Shown here one piece after another: positions 19,074 to 29,758 of a stretch of DNA of 64,000 nucleotides. Made by a program: the position numbers and the translations under genes. Under the pieces are notes generated by a model. That model did not search any database and had not been told where the DNA came from. It worked only from the letters and a program-made list of their open reading frames with translations. Source of the DNA: Candidatus Latescibacterota bacterium (GTDB lineage: Bacteria > Latescibacterota > UBA2968 > UBA8231); contig OZ253462.1 of assembly GCA_965261395.1 (NCBI GenBank), positions 4,192,001 through 4,256,000 of the forward strand, written 5' to 3'. How positions within the stretch are numbered: position 1 is the first letter of the stretch; every line of letters starts with the position of its first letter.

Positions 19074-20425
19074 GCACCCAAACTGTCGAGAGCCATCGCC
19101 GGCCCATCGTGGCGATTGTCGGGCGCCCCAACGTGGGCAAATCGACCCTTTTCAACCGCATCTTGGGGACTCGGTGGGCCATAACCGACGGCCAGCCCGG
19201 GGTCACGCGTGATCAGATATTTGCCGCGGCCGAGTGGGGAGGGCGGTCCTTCACTTTGGTCGATACAGGGGGCTATATGCCCAGCGCCAAAGATGCGCTG
19301 TCCGCGGCCGTGTTCTCCCAAGCGGCAAAGGCACTGGCAGAAGCGGATATAGCCATTTTTCTTTGCGACGGGACCACGGGTGTGACCGATCTCGACCAAG
19401 AGATGGGGGCCATGCTGCGCAGCGGGGGTGGGAAGTGCTTGCTAGTCGTCAACAAGGTCGATGGGGTGGGGCCGGTCGCTTCACTCGACGAATTCTACCG
19501 GCTCGGCTTGGGGGAACCCCTGCCGGTTTCAGCCGTTACCGGGCGGCGTTCCGGAGACCTACTCGACGCGCTCATTGCGCTCTTCGACGAGGCTGGGGCT
19601 TATGGGTCGGAATGGGACGAGGAGGCGATTCGGGTTGCTTTAGTCGGGCGGCCCAACGTGGGCAAATCCACGCTGATCAACCGCCTCGCCGGCCATCAGG
19701 TTTCCATCGTCCACGACCAGCCCGGTACCACCCGGGACCCAACCCAACTGCGCTTGACTTGGCAGGATAGCCACCTGCTGTTCGTGGATACGGCCGGTTT
19801 GCGGCGGCGATCTAAGGTCAATGACCCGGTGGAGTTCTACAGCACGCGCCGGGCGACCAACAGCATCGACCAAGCTGATGTGGCAGTCGTGCTTCTAGAT
19901 AGCGCCGAGGGATGGGTCATGCAGGACGCCCGCATCATGGAGCAGGTGATAAAGTCTGGATGCGGCTTGGTGGTGGCGATCAATAAATGGGATTTAGTCG
20001 CCGAGAAAACCGCAGCTGAGTACCGCCGCGATCTGCGCGACCGCTATCCCTTTTTGCGCGACTATCCGGTGCTGTGCATATCGGGCTTGACCGGGCGGCG
20101 GGTTCACAAGTGTCTCGAAGTGGTGGCCGCGGTGGGCAACAAGCGCCGGACGCGGATTCCCACCGCGCGCTTGAACAAGATCATTCAGCAGTTTTCTGGC
20201 GAGTACTTGGCGACTCAAGATGGCCGAGATATCCGCTTGCTCTACGCCACCCAACACGCGATCAACCCGCCGGCGTTTACGATCTTTACGAATCTGCCCC
20301 GCTCCGTGCCAGGGAATTATCGACGCCACATCGAAAATCGACTGAGGTCGGAGTTTGATTTCGAGGGAACGCCCTTGCGCATCGTCTGGCGTCTGCGCAA
20401 AGGGTACAGGGAAGTGCGACCGTGA
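19070..20425 (+). CDS. der: Ribosome biogenesis GTPase Der
   Basis: Two GRPNVGKS P-loops, DTGG/DTAG, NKVD/NKWD, FEGTPLRI. Confidence 0.97.
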   Translation: MSTQTVESHRRPIVAIVGRPNVGKSTLFNRILGTRWAITDGQPGVTRDQIFAAAEWGGRSFTLVDTGGYMPSAKDALSAAVFSQAAKALAEADIAIFLCDGTTGVTDLDQEMGAMLRSGGGKCLLVVNKVDGVGPVASLDEFYRLGLGEPLPVSAVTGRRSGDLLDALIALFDEAGAYGSEWDEEAIRVALVGRPNVGKSTLINRLAGHQVSIVHDQPGTTRDPTQLRLTWQDSHLLFVDTAGLRRRSKVNDPVEFYSTRRATNSIDQADVAVVLLDSAEGWVMQDARIMEQVIKSGCGLVVAINKWDLVAEKTAAEYRRDLRDRYPFLRDYPVLCISGLTGRRVHKCLEVVAAVGNKRRTRIPTARLNKIIQQFSGEYLATQDGRDIRLLYATQHAINPPAFTIFTNLPRSVPGNYRRHIENRLRSEFDFEGTPLRIVWRLRKGYREVRP

Positions 20426-20844
20426 AGAATCCATTGCAAAACAAGCTGTATTACAGCATCAGCGAAGTCGCCGAACTCACACAACTGCAGCCCTATACGC
20501 TTAGGGCGTGGGAGAAGGAGTTCGCCTGTTTGCGGCCGCGTCGAGCGCGCGGTGGTAAAAACAGAGCCTATAGAGCGCGCGATATAGGGATCATCCTATT
20601 GCTCAAACGCCTCCTCTACGAGGAGCGCTACACCACGCAAGGCGTAAAGAAAAAGCTCAAAGACGAACCCGAGCTCCTGCGTCAAGCTGGCGAGCAAGTA
20701 CCTGTTTTGCTCGCTAAACAGCAGGACAGTCCCGCTCCAGTAGTGGAGCAGACTAACGCCGAACCTGTACAGGACCGGGAAGCCGCACTCAAAATAATCG
20801 AAGAGGCCAGAAAAGAACTGCGCGAGATTTTGCGCCTCCTCTAG
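20422..20844 (+). CDS. MerR family HTH regulator
   Basis: KLYYSISEVAEL...TLRAWEKEF...NRAYR...LKRLLYEERYT. Confidence 0.85.
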   Translation: MKNPLQNKLYYSISEVAELTQLQPYTLRAWEKEFACLRPRRARGGKNRAYRARDIGIILLLKRLLYEERYTTQGVKKKLKDEPELLRQAGEQVPVLLAKQQDSPAPVVEQTNAEPVQDREAALKIIEEARKELREILRLL

Positions 20845-20914
20845 CGTAGGCATTTGGCTAGGGCTGTTAAGTCGTCTTGCCTAAATCAATATAATCCTAT
20901 ATTTTATAATCCCA

Positions 20915-20939
20915 AGTGGGCGTCATAGCCCACTTTTTT
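20915..20939 (+). promoter_or_regulatory. rimP-leader-type hairpin (AAGTGGGC-GTCATA-GCCCACTT plus T-run), downstream of a sigma70-like promoter
   Basis: Hairpin read directly, with TTGCCT and TATAAT boxes just upstream. Such hairpins commonly precede rimP-nusA-infB operons. Confidence 0.65.
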
Positions 20940-20959
20940 CTTAGGGGGGAAAAGCGCGT

Positions 20960-21412
20960 ATTTCCGCCATAGATAAATTCGCATTAAAGGCCGATCTAGT
21001 AGCTCAGGTCGAACCCATTGTCCGCGAGCACGAGGCCGAACTCGTCGATATTGAACTCAGCGGCACCCGAGGCAGTCAGCTAGTCCGATTATTGGTTTAC
21101 AAAAATTGCGGTATAACACTGGCCACCTGCGAGTCGATCAGTCGCGAAGTGGCCGATCTTTTCGACGTAGAAGATCCCATTGCCGGACGGTATCGGCTCG
21201 AAGTTACCTCGCCGGGATTGGACCGGCCCCTAGAGACCGATGGGGATTTCACCCGCGCCCATGGCCGTTTGCTAAAAGTTGTGCTCACGTCCGGTCGAGT
21301 TGTCAAAGGTCGGTTGATCGCTTGGGAAGCCGATCGGATTCACCTCGACAGCCCAGCCGAGTCCGTGGCGCGAGCCGATATTGCTAAGGCCAACATCGAA
21401 CCAGAATTTTAA
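20960..21412 (+). CDS. rimP: Ribosome maturation factor RimP, probable non-canonical ATT (or ATA 20969) start
   Basis: LEVTSPGLDRPL motif. The frame is open from TAG 20942 and encodes the typical N-terminus (VEPIV...ELVDIE) with no ATG/GTG/TTG before 21092. Confidence 0.9.
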   Translation: MSAIDKFALKADLVAQVEPIVREHEAELVDIELSGTRGSQLVRLLVYKNCGITLATCESISREVADLFDVEDPIAGRYRLEVTSPGLDRPLETDGDFTRAHGRLLKVVLTSGRVVKGRLIAWEADRIHLDSPAESVARADIAKANIEPEF

Positions 21413-21436
21413 GTAGTGAAGGTCGAGCAAAAAATT

Positions 21437-22873
21437 ATGAATAACGCGAATATTGTCGAAGCCTTGGGGCAGATTGCCCGCGAAAAAAACGTCAACCGGG
21501 AATTGGTGGTGCAGACTCTCGCCGACGCCCTGATTTCAGCCGCTAAAAGGCACTACGGCAATACAGAGAATTACGAAGTTGACATCGACGCGGCCCAGGG
21601 CAAGATGGCCGTATACGCCCGCAAAACCGTCGTCGAAGAAGTGGTCGAGCCGTCCATGGAGATTCTCCTCGCCGACGCCCACAGCATCGACCCCCATGCC
21701 CAATTGGGCTCCGTGTTAGTGCAGCAACTCGATTTCGCCGACTTTGGCCGCAACGCCATACAGACCGCAAAGCAAATTCTCATTCAGCGGGTCCGCGAAG
21801 CCGAGCGCGAACGAATATACGACGAGTTTATCGGGCGGGTTGGCCTCGTCGAATCCGGTACCGTACAGCAGATCAGCCACGGCGACATCATCCTCAATCT
21901 CGGCCGGGCCGAGGCTGCCGTTCCATACAAAGAGCAAATCCGTCGCGAACGCTACCGCCAAGGCGATGCCGTGCGGGGCTATATATACGAAGTGCTCAAG
22001 TCGAGCCGGGGGCCTCAGGTCTTGCTCTCCCGCGCTCGGCCCGAATTGCTCAGGAAGCTCTTTGCCACGGAAGTGCCAGAGATAGCCGAAGGTATCGTCG
22101 ATATTCACGGCGTGGCTCGCGAGCCGGGCGAGCGGGCCAAGATCGCGGTCAGTAGCAGTGATGAACGAGTTGATCCGGTGGGGGCCTGTGTAGGCGTGAA
22201 GGGGTCGCGGGTGCAAGCTATCGTCAGAGAATTGAGCGGTGAGCGCATAGATATCGTTCCTTGGATCGACGAGCCGGATATATTTATAAGCCGGGCGCTA
22301 AGTCCGGCTACTGTGGTTCGCTGCATTACGGATTCGCGCCGCCGGCATGCCGTCGTGATAGTCGAAGAGGATCAGCTATCGTTGGCCATTGGCAAGGGAG
22401 GCCAAAATACCAAACTCGCCAGCCAACTCACGGGTTGGGGTCTCGATATCATCACTCACGAGCAATACCAAGAGCGCCGCGCTAAGCAGGATAAGTACCA
22501 ACAAGTATTCCGCCAGATAGATGGTATTAGCGAGTTGATTGCCCTGAGTTTGACCACGTTCGGTTTCGACTCCATAGCCTCGATCGCCGAGGCCGATTCG
22601 GAGCTATTGCAGACCGTACCGGGGCTAGAAACCGCCGAAACCGCCCACGGAATAAAGGCGGCCGCGGCCACGTACCTTGCCGAACACGGCGAGGTCGATA
22701 TTGAGGCATTGATTGCTGCTGAGAAGGCGGCGGCTGAGCAAGAAGCAGTGGCTGAGCAAGAAGCGGCTGCGGAGCAAGCAGCAGCAGTTGAGCAAGAGGG
22801 GGAAGAAGTGCTCGCCGCGCCTGCTGAGGGTACGAGTGGAGAAGATGAAGCAGACCAAAGGGCCGAGGAGTAG
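21437..22873 (+). CDS. nusA: Transcription termination factor NusA
   Basis: FGRNAIQTAKQ, EVPEIAEG, AREPGERAKIAV, DPVGACVG, LAIGKGGQN. Confidence 0.97.
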   Translation: MNNANIVEALGQIAREKNVNRELVVQTLADALISAAKRHYGNTENYEVDIDAAQGKMAVYARKTVVEEVVEPSMEILLADAHSIDPHAQLGSVLVQQLDFADFGRNAIQTAKQILIQRVREAERERIYDEFIGRVGLVESGTVQQISHGDIILNLGRAEAAVPYKEQIRRERYRQGDAVRGYIYEVLKSSRGPQVLLSRARPELLRKLFATEVPEIAEGIVDIHGVAREPGERAKIAVSSSDERVDPVGACVGVKGSRVQAIVRELSGERIDIVPWIDEPDIFISRALSPATVVRCITDSRRRHAVVIVEEDQLSLAIGKGGQNTKLASQLTGWGLDIITHEQYQERRAKQDKYQQVFRQIDGISELIALSLTTFGFDSIASIAEADSELLQTVPGLETAETAHGIKAAAATYLAEHGEVDIEALIAAEKAAAEQEAVAEQEAAAEQAAAVEQEGEEVLAAPAEGTSGEDEADQRAEE

Positions 22874-22889
22874 CTAAGGGAGTAGGTTT

Positions 22890-25247
22890 TTGGAAAAGCG
22901 CCGGATTTACCAAGTAGCCAAAGAACAGAAGCTGTCCAGCGATGCGCTCATATCCATGCTCAAGGGCATGGATATGGAAGTAAAGAGCCACATGAGCGTA
23001 GTTTCGCCCGAGATGCTGGAGGCCATCCACCGCAAGCTGGCTGAAGAGAAGAAGAGCTCGATAGAGGAAGTAAAGCGGCAGAAGGCCAAAGAGGACAGTC
23101 GCAAGCAGGCCGATGGCACTCGGCCCGAGCGCCGCCGCGAAAAGGGACCGGCGACCCGCAAGCAGGGTGTTGAGGGGGGAGCCGACGAGCGCACCACGCC
23201 GCTGCCCGACAAGGCCGATGGCACTCGTCGTCGCGGTCGTCGCCGCGGCAAGGGGCAAGAGGGCTTGGAAAGTGTCCGCGAGGAATTGGGCGAAAAGCGG
23301 GAAGTAACCGCTCAGGCCAATTTGCCTGGAGCACCTACAAAGCGCCGACGGGGTAAGCGGCGCAAAGGGACGCCAGACGCCAAGGCAGTCCAAGAAAGCG
23401 TGCGGCGGACCTTAAGTCAGCTCAACGAAGGCCGGGTCCGTCGCCGCTACGAGCGCGGGCCGCGTGAAGACGGTGTCGGGGAAGATGGTGAGATTCGCCA
23501 GATCAAGGTCAGCGAGTTTATCACGCTCGGTGAATTTGCCGAACAAGTCGGCGTCAAGGTCAGCGAAGTAATCGCTCTGTGTCTGCAGATGGGCGCAATG
23601 GCGACCATTAATCAACGCCTCGATATGGACACCATGCAGACGCTGGCCGACGAGTTGGGCTGCGAAGTAGTCCCGCTGGAGGCCGAAGAAGCCGAACTGG
23701 ATGAGATCGTCGAGGAGGAAGAGGTCGGCGAACCTGAGCCGCGTCCGCCGGTCGTCACAGTCATGGGCCACGTCGATCACGGCAAAACCTCGTTACTCGA
23801 CTATCTGCGTGAAAGCAAGGTGGCCGAGGGCGAGTCTGGAGGCATTACCCAACACATCGGGGCGTACGTGATTAGCATGGAAGATGGTCGCGGCGTGACG
23901 TTCCTTGACACCCCAGGGCACGCGGCCTTTACGGCGATGCGGGCCCGCGGTTCGAGGGTAACCGACATCGTGATCTTGGTCGTGGCGGCCGACGACAGCG
24001 TCATGCCGCAAACCATTGAAGCGATCGATCACGCCAAGGCTGCGCAGGTCCCCTTAGTCGTCGCGATTAACAAAGTAGACTTACCTACGGCCGACCCAGA
24101 CAAGATTAAGCGGGAGCTGGCAGAGAGGGGGGTTTTAATCGAAGAGTGGGGGGGGCAGATTCCTTGTGCTGAAATCTCCGCTAAGACCGGACAGGGCATA
24201 GACCACTTGCTGGAAGTTCTCCTCATCGTGGCCGAGTTGCTTGAGTTAGAGGCCGACCCCCACAAGAAAGCCCGAGGAACAATCGTCGAAGCCCACCTCG
24301 ACAAGGGGCGGGGTCCCGTGGCCACGGTCTTGGTGCAAGAGGGCACGCTGTGTATCGGCGAGCCTTTTATTACCGGAGTCCACAGTGGCCGGGTGCGCGC
24401 TCTGCTCGACGAGCATGGCCAGCGCGTCCAAGAAGCCAAGCCCTCCGTGCCCGTCCAAGTGCTCGGGTTGCCCGGGGTCCCGCAAGCTGGGGATATTTTC
24501 GCCGTTGCCAATTCCGAGCGCGAAGCCAAGGACCTGAGCCAGCGGCGGCAGCTCATCAAGCGCGAGCAGGATCACCGCAAGCTGCGCACGGTCACGCTCA
24601 GCGATTTACACGATCAAATCCAGCAGGGCCACATCCAAGAGCTGCGGGTGATACTCAAAGGCGATGTTGATGGGTCGGTCGAGGCCATAGCCGAAGAGCT
24701 AGGCCGCATAACCCACGAGGAAGTGCGCGTTAACGTCATTCACAGCGCGGTGGGTGCCATCTCGGAATCGGACGTACTGCTGGCGGCGGCTTCTTCCGCC
24801 ATTTTGCTCGGTTTCCACGTAAGCACCCAACCCTCTGCCCGAGACCTCGCCGCACAGGAGGGCGTGGAAATTCGCAACTACCGGATCATCTACGAGGTCA
24901 TCGAGGATGTGCGGGCCGCCTTGGCGGGCCTCTTGGCTCCAACGACCGAAGAACAGGTAGTTGGTCGGGCCGAAATCCGCCAAATCTTCGCCTCGTCCCG
25001 CATGGGGACGATCGGCGGTTGTTTGGTGCAAGACGGCACCATCGCCCGCAGCAATCAGGTGCGGATTTTACGCGATGGCCAAGTCGTCTTCACCGGGGAG
25101 CTTACCTCGTTGCGGCGATTCAAGGACGACATGAGGGAGGTCTCCGAGGGATTCGAGTGCGGCATGGGCTTTGCGGGGTTCAACGACATCGTAGAAGGCG
25201 ATATCGTCGAGTCCTTGGTCGTGGTGGAGACCGAGCGGACGCTATAG
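22890..25247 (+). CDS. infB: Translation initiation factor IF-2
   Basis: [43 protein letters not shown]. Confidence 0.98.
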   Translation: MEKRRIYQVAKEQKLSSDALISMLKGMDMEVKSHMSVVSPEMLEAIHRKLAEEKKSSIEEVKRQKAKEDSRKQADGTRPERRREKGPATRKQGVEGGADERTTPLPDKADGTRRRGRRRGKGQEGLESVREELGEKREVTAQANLPGAPTKRRRGKRRKGTPDAKAVQESVRRTLSQLNEGRVRRRYERGPREDGVGEDGEIRQIKVSEFITLGEFAEQVGVKVSEVIALCLQMGAMATINQRLDMDTMQTLADELGCEVVPLEAEEAELDEIVEEEEVGEPEPRPPVVTVMGHVDHGKTSLLDYLRESKVAEGESGGITQHIGAYVISMEDGRGVTFLDTPGHAAFTAMRARGSRVTDIVILVVAADDSVMPQTIEAIDHAKAAQVPLVVAINKVDLPTADPDKIKRELAERGVLIEEWGGQIPCAEISAKTGQGIDHLLEVLLIVAELLELEADPHKKARGTIVEAHLDKGRGPVATVLVQEGTLCIGEPFITGVHSGRVRALLDEHGQRVQEAKPSVPVQVLGLPGVPQAGDIFAVANSEREAKDLSQRRQLIKREQDHRKLRTVTLSDLHDQIQQGHIQELRVILKGDVDGSVEAIAEELGRITHEEVRVNVIHSAVGAISESDVLLAAASSAILLGFHVSTQPSARDLAAQEGVEIRNYRIIYEVIEDVRAALAGLLAPTTEEQVVGRAEIRQIFASSRMGTIGGCLVQDGTIARSNQVRILRDGQVVFTGELTSLRRFKDDMREVSEGFECGMGFAGFNDIVEGDIVESLVVVETERTL

Positions 25248-25263
25248 CGGCGGTTGACTTGTT

Positions 25264-25545
25264 TTGATCGTTATGAGTTGTGCGGTGCAAATCTATATCG
25301 GCGATAGCCATTCACTCAAAGACAAGCGGCGAGTCCTCAACAGCCTCAAGGAGCGCATCCGCAACCGCTTTAACGCGGCCGTGGCCGAAGTAGATGACCA
25401 CGCGCTCTGGCAGCGGGCGGTGTTGGGGGTTGCCGTGGTGAGTTCGACCGTTGAACACTGCGACGAGATGCTAACCAAGATCGTCAACCTTGTCGAAGGC
25501 AATCCCCGGGTGCAAATCCTCGACTACCAAATGGAAGTACACTGA
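25264..25545 (+). CDS. DUF503 (YlxP-like) protein
   Basis: SLKDKRRVL...RNRFNAAVAEVDDHALWQRAVLG; lies between infB and rbfA. Confidence 0.9.
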   Translation: MIVMSCAVQIYIGDSHSLKDKRRVLNSLKERIRNRFNAAVAEVDDHALWQRAVLGVAVVSSTVEHCDEMLTKIVNLVEGNPRVQILDYQMEVH

Positions 25546-25551
25546 GCACAG

Positions 25552-25905
25552 GTGGCCTCCCCTCAACGAATTAGCCGAGTGCGCGGGCAGTTGCTGCGCG
25601 AGCTGACCGACATCGTCGGGCGGATGAAGGATCCGAGGCTGCAGCTAGTCCAAGTCGTCGATGTGGAACTCTCCGCCGACATGAGCTATGCCACGATCTT
25701 TGTCAGCACGCTCGGCAACGCAGACGACAAAAAGCAGGTGCTTCAAGGGATGCACCGGGGCTTGGGTTTTATGCGTCGAGAAATCGCCCAGCGCATGAGT
25801 TTGCGCTACGCACCCCAGTTGCGGGTTGCATACGATGACACCACCGCGCGCGCCGCGCGCGTCACGGCCCTGATCGATGGTCTCGGTGGAGCGCAGCATG
25901 ACTGA
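25552..25905 (+). CDS. rbfA: Ribosome-binding factor A
   Basis: KDPRL, VELSADMSYATIFVS, LRYAPQLRVAYD. Confidence 0.93.
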   Translation: MASPQRISRVRGQLLRELTDIVGRMKDPRLQLVQVVDVELSADMSYATIFVSTLGNADDKKQVLQGMHRGLGFMRREIAQRMSLRYAPQLRVAYDDTTARAARVTALIDGLGGAQHD

Positions 25906-26794
25906 TCCGGCCTTGACCGGGGTTTTGGTCATCGACAAGGCCAAAGGCCCCACTTCCCACGACGTAATCACCTCGCTCAGACGCCTATTGCAGTTGCGGC
26001 GCATTGGGCACTGTGGCACGCTGGACCCCTTGGCCAGCGGCGTTTTGGTCGTTTGCTTGGGTCGCTATACCCGGCTCAACCAGTGGCTTAGCGGCGCGGA
26101 TAAAGAATACGAAGCCGAAATTTGTCTGGGGGCTATAAGTGCTACGGGCGATGCCGAGGGCCCGATCCGCCACCAAGAGGACTGTGTGCCTCCCCACGAC
26201 CAAAGGGTGGCTCAAGCCCTGCGCGATTTTACGGGTGTCATAGACCAAGTGCCGCCGGCGCATTCAGCGGTAAAGGTCGCCGGGGTGCGCTCGTATAAGC
26301 GGGCGCGCCGCGGCGACGAGGTCGTCCTCAAATCCCGCCGGATCCACATCCATGCAATAGAGCTACTCGGCTACGATTTTCCCAAACTAAGTGTGAGAAT
26401 CCATTGCTCTGCGGGAACGTATATTCGCTCGTTGGCCGCCGATTTGGGGCGTGCCTTGGGGACTGGTGCCTATTTGGCGGAATTGCGCCGGCTGCGCGCC
26501 GGTGGTCTCAGGCTGGACAAAGCCCTGACGTTGGACCAAGTAGCCAGCCTCAGTAGCGCGGACCAAATTGAAAAAGCCCTCGTCCATCCGCGCTTGGCAT
26601 TGAGTGAGCTGGCGGCCGTCGAGCTAAACGAGGTCAAGCTGGTCGATTTTGCCCATGGGAAGGCGATCGAGCATCCGGTTGGAGCAGAGCCGCGCGAGGT
26701 TTGCGCGGTTTTTGACGCCGCGCAAACCTTATTTGGTCTCGCGCGGTGGGAGAAAGGGGCGTTGCGGCCCCTTTGCGTTTTGCGCCAACCTTAG
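25898..26794 (+). CDS. truB: tRNA pseudouridine(55) synthase
   Basis: IDKAKGPTSHDV, GHCGTLDPLASG, CSAGTYIRSL. Confidence 0.96.
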   Translation: MTDPALTGVLVIDKAKGPTSHDVITSLRRLLQLRRIGHCGTLDPLASGVLVVCLGRYTRLNQWLSGADKEYEAEICLGAISATGDAEGPIRHQEDCVPPHDQRVAQALRDFTGVIDQVPPAHSAVKVAGVRSYKRARRGDEVVLKSRRIHIHAIELLGYDFPKLSVRIHCSAGTYIRSLAADLGRALGTGAYLAELRRLRAGGLRLDKALTLDQVASLSSADQIEKALVHPRLALSELAAVELNEVKLVDFAHGKAIEHPVGAEPREVCAVFDAAQTLFGLARWEKGALRPLCVLRQP

Positions 26795-27214
26795 ATGGAG
26801 TGGGCTGGCGTTCATTTCTCTGGCCGCGTCACGAGGGGCCAAGGACGCGGTAGAACATTGGGGTTTCCCACTGCGAATTTGCTGCCCCAAGGCGATGGCC
26901 CCTTGCCGCAGGGAGTATTTGCCGCTGAGGTGCAATACCTCGGAAGTCGGGTTTTGCAGGCCGTGGCCCATATCGGCCCCCGGCCCACATTCGCCGAAGC
27001 AGCCCTAGTTGTCGAGTTGCACATACTCGATTTTACCGGCGACCTCTACGGACAAAACCTACAGGTCGCCCTCGTAAAAAAGCTGCGCGACCAATGCGCA
27101 TTTGCCTGTCCAGACGAGCTGGTAGGGCAAATCCGCAGAGACATTCACCAAGCACGTGCGCTGTTCGCCTCCAGTGCTAAAGGCGGAAAGCGCGGCACGA
27201 AATACGGAGGTTGA
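26795..27214 (+). CDS. Stand-alone riboflavin kinase (RFK domain only)
   Basis: GQGRGRTLGFPTANL, IGPRPTF, ELHILDFTGDLYG. Only 139 aa, with no FMN adenylyltransferase domain. Confidence 0.85.
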   Translation: MEWAGVHFSGRVTRGQGRGRTLGFPTANLLPQGDGPLPQGVFAAEVQYLGSRVLQAVAHIGPRPTFAEAALVVELHILDFTGDLYGQNLQVALVKKLRDQCAFACPDELVGQIRRDIHQARALFASSAKGGKRGTKYGG

Positions 27215-27483
27215 AGGTGTCCATAACAACTGAGCGCAAGAAAGAACTGATCGAAAAATTTGGCCAAGAGGGAGGGGCTGGGTCTGCTCCGGTGCAGATT
27301 GCCATTTTCACCGAGCGCATCCAGAACCTGACCGAACACCTCAAAGACCAGCAAAAGGACTTTGCCACGCGGCGGGGGTTACTCGTACTCATAGGCAAAA
27401 GGAGGCGATTGCAGACCTACTACCAAAAGAAAAACCCGCAGGCGTACACGGCGTTGATCCGCGAACTCGGATTGCGTCGCTAA
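27211..27483 (+). CDS. rpsO: 30S ribosomal protein S15
   Basis: GSAPVQIAIFTERIQNLTEHL...RRGLLVLIGKRRRL...LGLRR. Confidence 0.97.
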   Translation: MKVSITTERKKELIEKFGQEGGAGSAPVQIAIFTERIQNLTEHLKDQQKDFATRRGLLVLIGKRRRLQTYYQKKNPQAYTALIRELGLRR

Positions 27484-27572
27484 CTCGCACTGAGCTACTC
27501 ACCGCGGTGTCCGCTGGCACGGGTGCTGCACAGAATTCAAAACCTCAAAGGAAAGAGCAAAAGATATATCTA

Positions 27573-29642
27573 ATGAATAAACTCGAACATGAAATAGGTG
27601 GGCGAAGTCTGTCGCTCGAAACGGGCAGAATCGCCAAACAAGCCAATGGGGCCGTGTGGCTGCAATACGGGGAGACCGTAGTGCTCGTAACGGCCTGTCG
27701 GACCAACACCCCGGAGGATCGGGGCTTTTTGCCCTTGATCGTCGATTACCGGGAAAAGGCCTACGCTGGCGGCAAGATACCGGGCAACATCTTCAAGCGC
27801 GAAGGGCGTCCTTCCGAAAAGGAGACCCTGAGTGCTCGGTTAATAGATCACCCCATCCGGCCGATGTTTCCCAAGAAGTTTCCCTATGAAATCCAAGTCT
27901 ATGTTACGGTGTTTTCGTACGACGGAGAAAACGACGCCGATGTCTTGGGTTTAATTGGGGCCTCGGCGTCTCTGAGCATCTCCGACATTCCCTTTGCTGG
28001 TCCCATGGGGGCCGTGCGGGTCGGGCGGATCAACGGCGAGTTCGTCGCCAATCCGACCCTCTCCGAGTTAGATGATTCCGATCTCGAAATCATAGTCTGT
28101 GGTACAGCCGATTCCATCGTTAGCGTCGAAGGGGGTGCCCACGAGATTGCCGAGCAAGATCTGGTGGATGCGTTGGCCTTTGGCCACGAGCGCATCGCCG
28201 AGTTGGTCGAGCTACAGGAGCGGCTCGTCGCCGAAGTTGGCAAGGAGAAGATTGCCCTCCAGATCGAGGAAGCCGATCCCGAACTGGTTCGTGCTGTGGC
28301 CGAGCTGGCGCAAGAGCGGATCTCGGAGGCCAACAGAAACCCGCTCAAGGAAGAGCGGCAAGAGCGCATTGATGCGATTAATGCCGATGTCTTGGAGGGC
28401 TTGGCCGAGCGCTTCCCAGACGCTGAAAAACTAATAAAGGCTGAGCTGGAGGCACTGCTCAAGGCCGACATGCGCACCATGATTCTCCAGGAGAAGCGGC
28501 GCATCGACGGCCGCGCGCTTGACGCGGTGCGCGACGTCACCTGCGAAAGCACCGTGCTGCCGCGCACGCACGGCTCGGCGCTGTTTACCCGCGGGCAGAC
28601 GCAGGCGCTGTGCGTGGCGACGTTGGGTACCAAGCTCGATGAGCGTATGGCCGACGACCTGCAGGGCAAGCGGTTTAAGTCCTATTACTTGGATTACAAC
28701 TTCCCCCCGTACTCGGTCGGCGAAGTGCGATTTGAGCGCGGTCCGGGGCGGCGGGACATCGGCCATGGGCACTTGGCTGAGCGCGCCCTAGAGCCGATCA
28801 TTCCATCGGTCGAGTCCTTTCCCTACACGATTCGGTTGGTGTCTGATATTACCGAGTCGAGCAGCTCTAGCTCCATGGCCACGGTGTGTGGCTGCTCCCT
28901 CGCCTTGATGGACGCTGGAATTCCCGTCAAAACCTCGGTGTGCGGCACGGGCGTGGGCTTAGTCAAGGAAGGGGAAGAGTACGAGCTGCTGACCGACATC
29001 CGCGACGCCGAAGATTTTCTCGGCGACATGGACCTCAAGGTTGCCGGCACTAAGGACGGAATTACCGCGATCCAGATGGACATCAAGATCCAAGGCTTGC
29101 AGCTACACATTTTCAAGGAGGCCCTCGACCGCGCCAAAGAGGGCCGCGACAAGGTCTTGGCCATTATGGACGAATGCCTGAGCGAGGCGCGGTCCGAGTT
29201 GTCGCGCTGGGCACCGCGCATTGAGTTTATCAAGATCGACCAGAGCAAAATTGGCGCAGTCATCGGCCCGGGTGGCAAGACGATCCGCGAAATCGAAAAG
29301 ACCGGTGCCACGGTCAACGTCGACGAGGACGGCACGATTACCATTGCCTCGGTTGAAGCCGGCCCAGCCAAAGAAGCGCGGCGCATGATTGAGGGAATCA
29401 CCGCCGACGCCGAGGTCGGCAAAGAGTACGACGGGGTGGTCAAGCGGATCATGCCCTTTGGGGCCTTCGTCGAGATTCTGCCCGGCAAGGAGGGCCTGTT
29501 GCACATCTCCGAGCTGGCGCATCGGCGTGTGGACAAGGTCGAGGACGTCGTTGGACAAGGGGACAAAATCGCCGTCAAAGTCCTCGAAATCGACACCGGC
29601 GGCAAGATGCGGCTCAGCCATAAGGCCCTGCTGAAGAAGTAA
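27573..29642 (+). CDS. pnp: Polyribonucleotide nucleotidyltransferase
   Basis: ETGRIAKQANG, HGSALFTRGQTQ, GDMDLKVAGT, KH domain (IGPGGK) and S1 domain. Confidence 0.97.
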   Translation: MNKLEHEIGGRSLSLETGRIAKQANGAVWLQYGETVVLVTACRTNTPEDRGFLPLIVDYREKAYAGGKIPGNIFKREGRPSEKETLSARLIDHPIRPMFPKKFPYEIQVYVTVFSYDGENDADVLGLIGASASLSISDIPFAGPMGAVRVGRINGEFVANPTLSELDDSDLEIIVCGTADSIVSVEGGAHEIAEQDLVDALAFGHERIAELVELQERLVAEVGKEKIALQIEEADPELVRAVAELAQERISEANRNPLKEERQERIDAINADVLEGLAERFPDAEKLIKAELEALLKADMRTMILQEKRRIDGRALDAVRDVTCESTVLPRTHGSALFTRGQTQALCVATLGTKLDERMADDLQGKRFKSYYLDYNFPPYSVGEVRFERGPGRRDIGHGHLAERALEPIIPSVESFPYTIRLVSDITESSSSSSMATVCGCSLALMDAGIPVKTSVCGTGVGLVKEGEEYELLTDIRDAEDFLGDMDLKVAGTKDGITAIQMDIKIQGLQLHIFKEALDRAKEGRDKVLAIMDECLSEARSELSRWAPRIEFIKIDQSKIGAVIGPGGKTIREIEKTGATVNVDEDGTITIASVEAGPAKEARRMIEGITADAEVGKEYDGVVKRIMPFGAFVEILPGKEGLLHISELAHRRVDKVEDVVGQGDKIAVKVLEIDTGGKMRLSHKALLKK

Positions 29643-29664
29643 GGACGGTCCTGAGCCACAGAAT

Positions 29665-29700
29665 GAGAAGGCTATCGAGTCATCTCGATAGTCTTTTCTT
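29665..29700 (+). terminator. Intrinsic terminator after pnp
   Basis: GAGAAGGCTATCGAG / CTCGATAGTCTTTTC stem. Confidence 0.8.
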
Positions 29701-29758
29701 ATTATATGAATAAGCAAATCGGCATCTTTCTTCTTGGACTTGCATAGGGATCTTTGAT

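Noticed and set aside
20878-20912. AT-rich ATAA/TTAT segment as a dif-like site
   Set aside because: No TATGT arm; better explained as the rimP operon promoter.
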